From Chiloscyllium plagiosum (Eukaryota), in contig NC_057752.1 of NCBI RefSeq assembly GCF_004010195.1, forward strand, positions 5,249,936 to 5,303,292: 53,357 nt of DNA. The letters are read 5' to 3'. The notes under the pieces were generated by a model. It was not told the origin of the DNA. It searched no databases and saw only the letters and a list, made by a program, of their open reading frames with translations. Both the position numbers and the translations under genes were made by a program. Positions 11,602 through 24,199 of the stretch are shown one piece after another. Position 1 is the stretch's first letter. Each line of letters starts with the position of its first letter.

Positions 11602-13967
11602 TTTGGCATTGTTAACATGTACTTACCATTGCTCATCATTTTAATGTAGGTCCTCTGAAATTGATTCTAAAGCTGTTGATCTGTCATGAACAATTGGTAA
11701 TAAATAGCCATAATTTGATTGCATATTGTATTTCTCTCCTGTTCTGTTTCTGCCATTTTTTTATTCCAGTCCCTTTTTCTGAAGTTTGACTCGATGTTTG
11801 TAGAAACCAAGATCATAGGTTTGAGGCTACAAATGTGTATGTCACTGAAATCTCATACGATGGAAAATTTTTAGTATTGCTGTGATAATACCAAGAGAAT
11901 ATTTCACCAAGACAGCTGCTTTATTGGTTTTAATATAATACTAAATTTAAGGCAATTATTAGCTCTTCATTATTTAAATAGAAGTTCTAGAAATTGATTT
12001 GGAATTTGTAGAATGAAGTGAAAGTGTGTTATTCTGCCCACCCATCTGTTTTATTGGAAAAATACTGCTTTAAGTCAAATTTGAGTCAAAAAGGAAAATG
12101 GAAGATGGAATGCAATATTAACAATTTTTAAAGAGAATTGATATCTACTATATTTTTATTTGAATACAAATAAATGATTTCTCATTAGTGAGTTTGAAGA
12201 AATAGCTCTGTAGTTCACTGATACATCTGTAAATATACTATGGGTTGACATGCACTCATCCTGAATACAGTATTGCATGCTGAAGAAATGAAGAGCAATT
12301 TGGAATTCTTCCTTCAATTCAAGCTTTTAGTTCATAAAGCTACTTTAAATGGAGTTGAGAGCTGCGTCAGTGCCCCGGGTGGTTGACTGATTCCGAAAGG
12401 CTGGCGGTTGGGAAGACCATTTTTAATCCCAGTCTTCCTGCCATAGCTTGGTGTAGCAAATACATAAAATAATTTTAGAAGTGGCACTTTATAACAAAAC
12501 TAGCATGCCGGTAAAATAATACAAAACACAGCTTAAGGTATTTGTCCAAACAGTCCGCCTTGGTGGATCGGAACTATTCCACATGTAACAGAAGGTCTTT
12601 TTCTAGTTCGTGTGCAAGATCCAGAACTGAGCTGTGAGAGATGGGTTGTGGCCAAAAGGACAAACGGTTGCACAGAGAGAAAGCTCCAGTTTATACCAAT
12701 CTGTTGCAGAATATCTTGGAGTGAGGAGGTCTGCCACATAGCGGGCATACCTCTTCAACTTGTTTATCATGTGAGACTTGAGCAACTTAACAGTAAGCCT
12801 GGTCTGTGGCACTACAAATTGAAATTGAGATCATGATTTACCTTTTATCAGTTCTTCCACCATCCTGATTTTGTCTACATCTTGAAGAGGTTCTGTGACT
12901 TGGATAGGTATTTTCTGGGAGCCATGTGTGAAAATAGTACGTGTAACCAAGATTTGGTGCTTACAGCAGTGGGTTTGCAAAAAGTCGGTGGTAACTGAAA
13001 ATTCTACTCTTTCAACTGGTAGAACCATTCAATGAGGTAGAAAGTGTATTCAGCCTGTGGTTAGGAAGGTAACATTACATTCAATGTTTTTATGGTGTGT
13101 AGTGCAGTTTGTGAGCTTCTCATCTGCTGTCTACTTTTCGTTCTCTCATTCTCCTAGATGGGATTTGGTTCCAGGGCAAAGTTGGTGGTGGAAATGAGAG
13201 GTACAGAATTATCACTGTATTACAATTCTTCCTCCAAACAGCCAAGGAAGTGAATGCTTTAGATAGACTGGTACGGTGGGCCTAATTAAACAAAAAGTAG
13301 TAATTTGCTGGTGCCTGGGCACTTTGGTTTCCCAAATATAGGAAAGCAGTGAAATTGAGCTACACCAGATCACTCCAGGAGGAGAGTTAGAAAAGGTTCT
13401 AGGCCATTAGTCACCTGACTTTTATGGAGAGCATATGCCTACTGTAGTCATATCAGACATACTCTTAATTGATGCAGTGTGAGTTGGAAGCTCTTAAATA
13501 GAATAATGGTCTTCTGCATTTAATGGTCATTTGCCTGTCTGGAAAGTATTGTGAAGCGCTGAATTACATTTGAATTTTGATACTTTTTTTTTCAAGCTTC
13601 AGAAACAGGAAAAATTATAGCTAGGTTTTTTGTTTACAACCAGTATATTGTGATGCTGTTGGAAATGGTGTGGATAGTTATACTAACTTATCCAGCTTCA
13701 GGGACTATGCTTCGGGTCAGATGTCAAAGTCATGGAAAGGCAAAATCCATAAACAGATGTACAAGGCCTTCACGAGAAGAATATGAAGAGTGCTGCTCAC
13801 AGTCTTCACAATTCAAGATTTTGGTAAGGTAACTAAACAATATTTAATTCTCCTAGTTAATGCATTTATAAAGGATGTTATTTTAATATTGTGGGGACAA
13901 AGCAAAATAACCACTTTATGGTGCAGATCCTTAGAAGATGGAATACTGTATCTATCACAAATAGTAG

Positions 13968-14390
13968 TGAAGATGTGGAGGTGCCAGTGTTGGATTGAGG
14001 TGGACAAAGTTAAAAATCATCATACAACATTAGGTTTCTAGTCCAATAGGTTTATTTTTTTGACTTCCACACTACTGCCTAACTGCAGTAATGCTTCTAT
14101 TTTCCCCAGCACCCATGGTGTGTGTGCAGATGTGAGACATAGTGAAAGACAACAGGTGTACAAATTCTTATTCAAATCAGGAAGAACAGAAACACCAGGG
14201 TGGCCAGTGACAAGCAGTGCCCTTCTCAGAGGGCAACGATGCGAGATCAATCCAATAGGTTTATTTAGAAGTACAAGCTTTTGGGGTATTGCTCGATTGT
14301 TAGGTAGCTACCTGATGAAGGAGCAGCACTCTGAAAGCTTGTACTCCCAAATAAATCTGTTGGTCTATAACATGGTGTGTGATTTTGAAC
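13968..14390. mobile_element. PLE inverted pLTR (family 2) with a plus-strand hammerhead motif at 14309-14343
   Basis: Same family as 7174 and 11296. tac CTGATGA a ggag-cagca-ctct GAAA GC TT gta. Confidence 0.75.
14058..14250 (-). mobile_element. 5'-truncated poly(A)-tailed retroposon (L1/Tx1-like 3' UTR) nested in a PLE
   Basis: 16-bp TSD tccaataggtttattt (14042-14057 and 14251-14266), T-run at the left end (poly(A) on minus), A-rich target site. Confidence 0.75.
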
Positions 14391-14739
14391 GAACAGTAGT
14401 GGTAGTGAAATGGGATTGATAGTTTTTCTTACAATGTATGTCTTTTTTTTAAGGGTACGGGAAGAAAGGACTACTGCGTTCTTTAAGAGGGTTAGTACTG
14501 GCCTAATTTACCAAACTGCTTCCTTGTGTGTCGTAAAATTATATCAAACAAGATTAACACTGGCCAAAGTGCAGGAAAACGGTAGGTACTTGTGGAACCG
14601 TTTTAAGTACCACGGAGACACCAACTTCAGGAGATTAGCAAAGGATAAAATGCGAAAGGGACAGGTGCAGGAGGACAGTTTATAATAGTTTGATACTCTG
14701 TATTTACGCCTTTTTATAACTACAAATGCAATTCCTGCC

Positions 14740-16990
14740 ATCTCTTCCCCGCCCCGCCCTCCTTTGTTGATGTCTCTGATAAAATGTAGCTGCAAGCAAA
14801 CATCAGATTACAGTCTGATAGCAAAACATGGAATCGTCCAGCACATTCCACACTTGGGGGAGGAGTCTATGTTTTAACAATGTTTTTCACCAAAAATGCT
14901 TTCTGCTTCTGTCTTTCTTTAGTAAGTAATATTAACCATTACAAGTAAGCCCAAACTCCAGATTTTCTATCTCTAAACCCATGTTCCGACTGAAACGGGA
15001 AATTTTAAACTCTGCGGATTACTACACGTTCAAACGCTGCTGCGAATCGCAGCCTGCTCTCCGCCCAAAAAGAATATCTCTCCGCCAAGCCGATATTTAT
15101 TTATTTTTAAAATCTCAAATTAATGTTCAAAAATAGAATATGAACAGAATAGCCAAAGGTGCTCAACATTTGCAACTTCGGATCAAACCCCGGAAGAAGA
15201 AGACAGTCGTGTGCGAGGGATTATTTTCCTTTCTCAGGGTTTCCAAGATGGCCGTTCGCTTCAAGTATTTCTGTTTCCCGACAGGGATTTTATAGATTTT
15301 TTTAAAAAAATAAAATTACGTTAGAAATTAAGCCCCCACTCCTCGGAGAAAAAAATCACGACGATTCCCAATAAACTCACCAAATTATAAAGTGGAGCAA
15401 GCGACGATGGAATGAAAGTGAGTGAATTTACAGTTAACTGCATAGAAGCTTTATTTTAAATTGTTTCTTTAAAAAGGTGCAAAGAAGGAAGTGAATCGAA
15501 AGGTTTAAGTTATTAATGTTATCGAGGTTTAAATAAAAGCACAGAAAAATATTGGACGGAGTAAAAACTCTAGTGTATGTAAGATGTGTGCAAATAAATC
15601 ATTTTGTCTTCCGGCTCGGCTTTGCAACCGGTTGGGAGCTGGCCTGTTGTCAGGGGCTATCAGATAATCCGTTAATTTAAAATTTATAAACCCATCTCTA
15701 GGAGTTAGCTGTTTTAGCAGACATGATGGAAAACATGCTCGACCGTTTTTGGGGTGCGATTTAGCTCTTGAAACATTAGTTCCTTTTAGAGGTGAGTGTG
15801 CGCTCGGGGGATTGAGTTCCTTGTGCAAATCATGGTAGACTGGGACATAAAGGGGGAAATTATTAGATTTAAACACACCTTGTTTGTTCTTTAGATTAGA
15901 AATCGTTTAAATCCTGGCTGAGAAGATATCTCATTTTATTTACCCCCGCCCTTTTGCATGCTTTGCGGTTGGCTTCAATGGGACGGTTGTTTTTAAAAAA
16001 TTAAAAATCCAGTTGTCGCATCGCGATACCTAAAATGTGGGTGAACATTTGGGTCATTCTTCCGCAAGTTAAGGGACTTTTATTCCCACTCTCTTTGCTG
16101 TATTTGATACGTCTTCAACCATGTTTTAGAATCTTCATGGGCAAGTTAATGTATAAAACAATATTTAATAGACTATGATGCCTTGACATTAATACGAGTC
16201 AGTAAAAAAACTAAACTATTAGCATTATCGCTTTGGTAAAATATCTGGATGATGACAAGTGCATTTAATAGCATTTGACTTAATTCGGGCCGAAAAGCTT
16301 AAGCTCTTGTTAAAATATTTTATTTTTTTAAAAATCCCAATTTTTTTTGCGCAGCACGATCAGATTTTGAAAAGTGGATTACTATGGCACTTGCATTCTG
16401 AGTGTGTTTGCCTCGTATCTAATGTAAATAATTCCTTGCTATACTGTGGGTTTATTGAGAAGATTTGATCTGCTTTGGGCGACCTTCCGTTGGCGGAGAA
16501 AGAAAAATAACTGGTAAATCGGTTGAAAGGTTGTGATTTGTGAAAGTCCTGAAAGTTTGTAGTTGAGTATTTTGTTTGCAAGTCGGAAGTGGGGGTGGGG
16601 GTGTGTCTTCTTGGCCCTGGTCTTCGAGGCGCTACGTGGTTCACAACTGGAGGCGAACAAAAGGTTCGCTTGAGCACTGTAATTGAAGCCTTTCGGATAA
16701 TCATGAAAAATGTCGTTTTAAACTGTTTATTTCAGAAGATTTCATTTCACACGATTCCAGAATCACAATCAAGTAAGCCCACAGGCTCAGTACATCTATT
16801 TTCGTCCAAAACTAGGAACTGTATTTGAATAAAAGAGCTAGGTTTATTAAATCACTAACGGGCTCAATTTAATTAAAACATACACCGCCCCATTCCCTGA
16901 CCTACATAAACTGAGGGATTGTATAGAAAATCACTTCATTTAACAATCAAAACAAAGTGAATTCCCGCGAGATTTTTCTTTTATTAGATT
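14740..16990. promoter_or_regulatory. CpG-retaining promoter-like region, possibly bidirectional
   Basis: TE-free with visibly more CpG than the flanks. GC box 14746-14759, ETS-like CCGGAAG 15190-15196 and TCGGAAGTG 16583-16591, YY1-like CAAGATGGC 15244-15252, TCCCGCGAGA 16963-16972. Divergent G|GTGAGT donors on minus (after 15381) and plus (after 15791). Confidence 0.6.
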
Positions 16991-18304
16991 CTGGATTGTA
17001 GACACATGCCTAACTGCTTTTAAGAAATTAATGGTCAAGACCATTTTAAATTTAGAAATATCAAGCTTATGAAACTGGAGAGCTAATAATGTGAAAGCAC
17101 TTGGCATTTATGAGAATTTCTTATTTTATTGAAGTCCAACATTTTGAAAAAAAGTACATATACTAATACCACTAACCCATTGTTTAAATCACTCGGATAA
17201 AGTAGTTTAATTGAATATGCTGTGACAAATGGACTTGCAAGAAAATCAACACCAAAAGTATGATGTGAAGAACCCTGTTGTAGGTTTAAGGTATAGAAAT
17301 GGGTTATCTATTAACTCCATTCAATAGCTCAAAATTGCTATTGGTTTCTGACTCCCTCTCCCCTATCTTGAAATAGAATATTTTCTGTCATATATCATAA
17401 CTTTAAATTGAATTTCTCCTGGTGTTACCAGCACTATGCAAGTGCAGCTTGCTGCCTGCTGCATAATGCTAAGAAAAATACAAAATGTATTTTCAATAGC
17501 ACTTAATTGTGTGTGGATAATGAATGGTATGAAGTTAAAAGCTATCACCCTGATTAACAGAAGTTATGCTATTGTTCATAAACAACTTTGAGATGTACTT
17601 TTGGGCTTTATTAACTTTGAATTGTACTCTAGTAATTCACAATATTATTTAGGAGGTTTTATATCAGCACTTGTGATTGCAGATCTTGAGAGTAGATGTC
17701 ATTTTGCTGGCTCCCTGCATTTGCATTCATACAGTGGACTTTCTATTCTCAAATGTAGAATCGTGGACCCATATATTTGGGGGCGGATAACTTTTTTTCT
17801 GGATAAGGGAGCTGGTGCATGTATCTCCAATGTTAAAAGCATCTCATTAATCTGGTGGGACAAATGTCAATGTGTTAAGAACCCTGAGATAAAGACTTAT
17901 TTTTTAACATCATAAACATTTTACATATTGTAAGTGTGTGCTTTCTCTTTTTTTAAGATGTTACCTGAGGGGCATCTTGAGGCATGCCCTCCCCTTCCCT
18001 GTCCAGAGAAAGTTCTCTCCTCTCGAGAATATATAAATTTATACTAGAATATGGTTTTGTCAATAACAACAGCCCTCATGTTACCTTGCATAAATTACTT
18101 GTCTTTATGTGCATCCAAGTACTGCAGACTATTTGATTATGGCTGAGCTGAATACTATTCTTATCTGATATTCACTGGCCCTTTGGAGTGCTTCTAGTGT
18201 AATCATGGATGAAAACTGAAATCATTGTTGAGGGAACCTAGGACCCTTTCTATTCTAGATCACTTAGTGCTGCAATGCTTGTTGCATTTATCCCATTGTC
18301 TGAG

Positions 18305-19375
18305 AGTTGTAGAGACGAACAGCTTGGAAACAGACCCTTTGTTCCAAATTGTCCATGCTGACCAGATATCCTAAATTAAGTGAGCCCCATTTGCCAGCGT
18401 CTGGCCCATATCCTTCCTATTCATATACCCATCCCGATGCCTTTTTAAATGTTGTTGTAATTGTACCACTTCCTGGAGCAGTTCAATTCATACACGCACC
18501 ACCTTCTGCGTGACAAAGTTGCCCTTGTGTCCCTTTTAAATCTTTCCCCTCTCACCTTAAACCTATGCCATCTAGTTTTGGACTCACCCACCCTGGAAAA
18601 AAAGTCCTTGTCTGTTCACAATATGCATGCCTTTCATGATTTTATAAACCTCTAAAGGGTCACTCCTTGGCCTCCGCTCAGGGGTAAATAGCCCCAGCCT
18701 GTTCAGCCTCTCCTAATAGCTCAAACCCTCCAACTCTGGTAACATCTTTGTAAATCTTTTCTGAACCCTTTCAAGTTTCACAATGTATTTACAAGGAAGA
18801 CCAGAACTGAATTCAGCATTCCAAAAGTGGCCTAACCAATGTCTTACACAGCTGCAACATGATCTCCCAACTCCTATACCCAGTGCACTGACCAATACAG
18901 GCAAGCGTACCAAACACCATCTTCACTAATCTGTCTACCTGGGACTTGACTTTCAAGGAACTATGAACCTACATTCTCTTTGTTCAGCAATACTTCACAG
19001 GACCTAACCATTAAGTGTATAAGTCCTGCCTTGATTAGCTTTACCAAAATGTAGCACCTCACATTTATCTAATTAAACTCCATCTGCCACTCATCGGCCC
19101 TTGGCCCATTTGATTAAAGTCCCATTGTACTCTGAGGTAACCTTCTTGGCTGTCTACTGCACCACCAATTTTAGTGTCATCTGCAAACTTGATAACCACG
19201 CCTCTTATATTCATGTCCAAATAATTTAGGTAAATGATGAAAAGCAGTGGACCCAGCACTGATCCTTGTGACACAGCACTGGTCACAGGTTTCTAGTCTG
19301 GAAAGTAACCCTCCACCACCCTCTGACTTCTACCTTATAGCCAAGTTCGTATCCAAATGGCTAGTTCTCCCTGTA
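18305..19375 (-). mobile_element. CR1 LINE RT and 3' UTR
   Basis: Minus ORFs read [19 protein letters not shown]...FADDTKIGG and LERVQKRFTKMLP. CR1 tail present. Confidence 0.9.
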
Positions 19376-19574
19376 CTTAAAGTAATTATAGGGGCCTAGT
19401 TCTGCAAAGGGAGTAGGTAGGCTTGCAAAGCAAAAAGGAGGTGGTAGCATTGCAGGTCATTTACATAAATATGGCTGAAAATTAAGGTCAAAAGAGGGGG
19501 AAGATTGGTTTTAAAAAATCATCAAATGCATATGATATTCAGAACAAAATAAATGAAGCAAAAGCACAATTATA

Positions 19575-20200
19575 AGACATACGAGCAAAAGTAGGCCATT
19601 CAGTCCATCCAGTCTGTTCCACCATTCAATGAGATCATGGCAGATCTGATCATCCTCAACTCTACTTTCCTACCTTTTCTCCATAACCCTGATTCTCTTC
19701 CTGAGTTAAAAATCTGTCTACATCCGCCTTGAAAATGTTTAATGGCCCAGCTTTAACTGTCCTCTGCGGTAAAGGAATTCCCAGATTCCCTACTCTCCGA
19801 AGAAATTCTTCCTCATCTCGGTCATAAATGTGCAACCCCTTATTCTGAGATGATGCCCTCTGATCCTAGACTGTCCTACAAGGAAAAACAACCTTTCCAT
19901 GTCACATCCTTGAAAAATTGTGTATATTTCAATAAGGTCACCTCTCATTCTTCCCTATTCCAACAAGTACAAGCCCAATCTATACAACCTCTCCTCATAA
20001 GACAGTTCCTCCATACTTGCTATCAGCCTAATGAACCTTGTCTGGTTCAATGCCAGTATATCTTTCCTTAGATAAAGGGCCTAAACCTGTTCACAGTATT
20101 CCAGCTGTGGCCTGACAAGTGTCTTGTATAGTTTTAGCAAAACCTCTTTACTTTTATGTTTCATTCTCTTTGAATGAAAGGCTAACATTCATTTTGCCTT
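19575..20200 (-). mobile_element. CR1 LINE 3' fragment (older subfamily)
   Basis: gtaggccattcagtcc...gagatcatggcagatctg tail and degenerate RT C-terminus. Confidence 0.75.
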
Positions 20201-20928
20201 AAACAAAAAAATGAAATTGCTGGATTCTAGCTTTCACTGCTTTCAAAATTTATTTCAAGTTTTTTTCTACTCCTTTTTCTTCCCATCTCTTTATTACTGA
20301 AGTTATTGCTTTTGTGCTGAGCTATGAGTGCTGATGACCCTCTGCTGTGTAAGCCAAGGAAGTTTTTATTCGTATGACCGTAACGTAAGTATTGATGGAC
20401 TTGTCTATGTCAAAAAACACCATAATTGAACAAGGTTTTGTCCTTGTCCATTGTCCCCACACACAGATTTCATGTAATCATTACTGTTTTGCTATCTCAA
20501 TCAAGAACATGTGATTTATTTTTCTCTTTTCTCCATGCTACATGTGCTGAAGCCAATTTGTAGTTATGTGCTAAACGGAGTTAATCAGAAACTAGGTTTT
20601 AAACATGGAATGTTCTTGATTTATATGGTTCACCTAACTACAAGCTCACTCGTGGGAGCCTTTTATTGGTTAATTCATACAGATACACATAGATTGCAAT
20701 TTTAAAATGTTAAGGGCATTATATTATTGTCAAAGGCTTGCAATTTGGAACTTCCCTTAAAGTGATCAGCCTGAGGCTATCATCAATGACAGCGGACAAT
20801 AGAATGAAAATAATCTTGACCCATTCCTTTTGGCTCAGTTGCTACAGGCAGTGCATCACCAGGTATACAGGGTAGAGTGGTTCCAGGTGGTCAAATACTT
20901 CCAAACCTTATCCTTGTGGTGTTATCCT

Positions 20929-21130
20929 TTATGGCCTTTTCCTATTTTGTTTTCTGTTACCTACTCCAGCCTGACAACCCTCAGAACTCTGCATATTACA
21001 CTTCATGTGCCATGCATTTGCCCACTCACTGAACTTGTGCAAATCATACTGAAGCATCTCTGCATCTTCCTTACAGTTCACCCTCCCACCCAGTTCTGTG
21101 TTGTCTGCAAACTGGGAAATATTACATGGG
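20929..21130 (-). mobile_element. CR1 RT fragment
   Basis: ISQFADNTELGGRVNC...EWANAWHMKCN. Confidence 0.75.
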
Positions 21131-24034
21131 TGCTTGTATTTTGACTGGATGGCCATTTTTTTGTGAATGTTAGTAGGCTACTAGATTACAGGAGATGTTT
21201 GAGCTAAGTCATATTCAAACACATGATTTCCGAGAGACAGCTGAGCATCATTTAGGAGCGGGAGCCATGGTTGAATTTTCTTCCTTTTTATCACAGTGAT
21301 ATTGATACAATTGTTTGACAGCTGCCATCATCTTGCTGAGAACAAGTAACAGTGTAAAACTTCAATTGAATTTGGGACTTCCTTTATCTCTTTATGGCAC
21401 AGACTATTAACAGGCAATATATTACAGAAATGTTTTTTGTGTGATGTTAATGTGTTGGTTTGGTGCCAATTTCATGTGAGGCACAATTTCAATAATGCCC
21501 TGCTTTGTAAAAATAAGTGGGAGCTGACTGTCAAAAAGTAAAATTTTGTTTTCACAAGAAATAGTCCAGTTGAATACAAGGTCATTGTAACCCATCTACA
21601 GAGGTGGCTACAGGCCAATGGGAAGAATGAGTGTGATACGGCAGGTTGACTTCACATTTTAGTACTGAAGTGACAGGGGCACAACTAACATTTTTCGAGA
21701 GTGCAACTTGATTGCCACGTTTTTTAAAAAAAAATATGTTCTGACAGCATTGAACTTAAGGTGAGGATGTTCTAATTCAGGTATGAATAATTTCAGCATA
21801 AAGTAATACCCCATCAACTTTCTAATCAAACATTAAGCAAATGTCTGTGATGTTGTAGGAGCTGTTATTGAACTCCCATTTGTTTGCAATTTTCTGTTTT
21901 CTACTAAAATACTTACTCTGCCACCTAAATTGGTATTGTCAACAAATTGATAAATATAATGAAAAGATGAAACCCTGGTGTAGTTCCCTGGGAGATATCA
22001 CTTTTTTTTTCTCACCCTGTAAATTGAAGCATATATATCCATTATTCCCTTCGTTTGCCTTGGATTCCATGTCCTTTCACTTTTTTTGCTAACAGTCCTT
22101 TGAATGGAATTTCATTAGATGCCTTCTGGAGGTTCTTATAAATAACATCTGTAACACTCCCTTATTTATCTCACTAGTAACCTGCTCAAAGAAGTTAAAC
22201 TGTTAGTTTGACACAACTTGTCCTTAAATCTATGCTTGCTCTCTCTGATCAATTTACGTATGCTGAAGTACTGTCAGTCAGTCTGTTTTTAATTACAGAT
22301 TCTATTAACCTTTTTAAGCGATATTGTGATTCCAGGTGGAAGGGGAAGATTAAAAAGATGGATGCCTACAATGTGGGAAAATGCAATAAAAGAACACCAG
22401 TAAGCTAATAAATATTTTCTGGTTTTAATCTATAGCTGGGAAGAAGCATTTTATGATGAATGTACTTTAGGCACTGCTTTTACTACCTAATGTGGTTCTA
22501 ATCTGTACTGACAAGATCTAAAGTTCATTTTCTGGTCAGTGCCAATGTAGTGGGTCTCAGTTGGGCAAGCAATCTGAGGTATTAAATAGGCCTGTGAACT
22601 GTGAGGGAGGACTAATAACTTGTGGTTGATTCTCAAATGGAAAAGCACTAGATTTGCATTGGCAAATATCTAATAATGGCAAGATTGGGTTTGTTTGTGA
22701 TGAATAGTTGAATAGCCTATCAGCAGTCACTATTCAACAAAACACAAAATTGCTTTCATATAACATCTTTTAAAACCCTCTGAGGTGCTTTGCAGAAGTA
22801 TAATCCAATTTAAAATTTTACACTGAGACAATGCAGATGATGTGTGAGGGCTGACCGGGAGCCATGCATACGATGATGGGGGCAAAAGATGTGGGGATGT
22901 ACAGCAGTCAGAGCTAGAGGAATGCAGAGTTTTACAAGGGTTGAAGGGCAAGAGGAATCATAGAATCTCTACACTACGGAAAGAAGCCATTTGACCCAAT
23001 GACTCTGCGTTGACCTTCTGAAGAGCATCCCACTCCAACCAAGCCCCACCCTATTCCCACAACCCCATATATACCGTGGCTAATCCATTGAGCCTTAACA
23101 TCTTTGGAAATTAAAGGTTAGGAGTAGTGAGGCCATAAACAGAATTTAAACATCAGGATGAGCATTTTGAATTTGGGGAGTTGGGGTTTAGAAGCCAATA
23201 TAGGTCATAATTCATCATTTCAGTGCTATTCTGAGTGGAGATATGGTGTTGTGGAAGGATGGATGCTGATTTGGATGGTGACAACAAGTTGAAGGACTTC
23301 GGAAAGGAACAGGCATTTGGCGATGGAACAGTAATTTGCAAGAAGAGGTGGGTGGAGAATGGATTTCTAAAGTGGAGTTAATGATAGAAGGGAGGAAATG
23401 GTATTTGAGGAGAATCAAACATTAGTTTGTCCATGGATCAAATTCAGGAAGGCTATATCCCAATGAGAATCTGCATTTGGGTGATGAGAGAAAATTAAGG
23501 TAGTGAAAAAAACTTATGTTCATTTTCTCCTTTTAAAAGACTGAGAAAAAGATTGTACGTAGCAAGCAGGTGTATGTGTGAATGTTCACAGTACCTATTT
23601 AAATTTAGAGCTGAATTAGCAGTCAGTTAACAAAACTATTGTGAGCATTTGGAAAACAGTGGTGGCTTGTCCATTCTTCCTCCTGATTTTGTGAAGCTGC
23701 CACGTAGGGTAGTTAATGAATTCAGTACATGGTTAGTTATATTGTTTTATGGTCATCAGTCTCCCCAAAATAAATAGATTGGTTTCATGTCATGGTGAGA
23801 TTTCTCCAAATGTAACCAGTTTGGTAAATGACACCTAAGTGACCAGTCTGGTCTCTTGATTATAGTGAATCGTATATAAATAAATCAATCTGATCTGCAT
23901 CTCCTGATAATGAGGGTGACTAACCAACATTCAATGAGCGCAGACAGATCATGATTTTATTTTTAATGAACTGTTAACACTGGCAAGAAAGATTGTATTA
24001 TTTGTCAGAGGCAGTATGAACCTGCCAGAAGATA

Positions 24035-24198
24035 GAATCCTAGAGCTGTACAGCGTGAAGAAAGACCCTTTGGTCCAACTCGTCCATGCTGACCAGATAT
24101 CCTAAGTAAATCTAGTCACATTTGCCAACATTTGGCCCATGTCACTCTGAAACCCTTCCTATTCATATACCCATCCAGATGTCTTTTAAATGTTGGAA
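24035..24198 (-). mobile_element. CR1 3' UTR fragment
   Basis: gacccttt-ggtccaactcgtccatgctgaccagatatcc tail. Confidence 0.75.
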
Positions 24199-24199
24199 T

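Noticed and set aside
12537..13028. Overlapping 65-99-aa ORFs on both strands
   Set aside because: No recognisable homology and no consistent splice phases.
14798..14823. miR-21-like sequence (aacatcag...cagtctgatagc)
   Set aside because: Only a partial match to the miR-21 reverse complement and no pre-miRNA hairpin.
15248..15295. ATG within CAAGATGGC as a protein start
   Set aside because: The frame closes after 15 codons; it fits better as a YY1-type motif.
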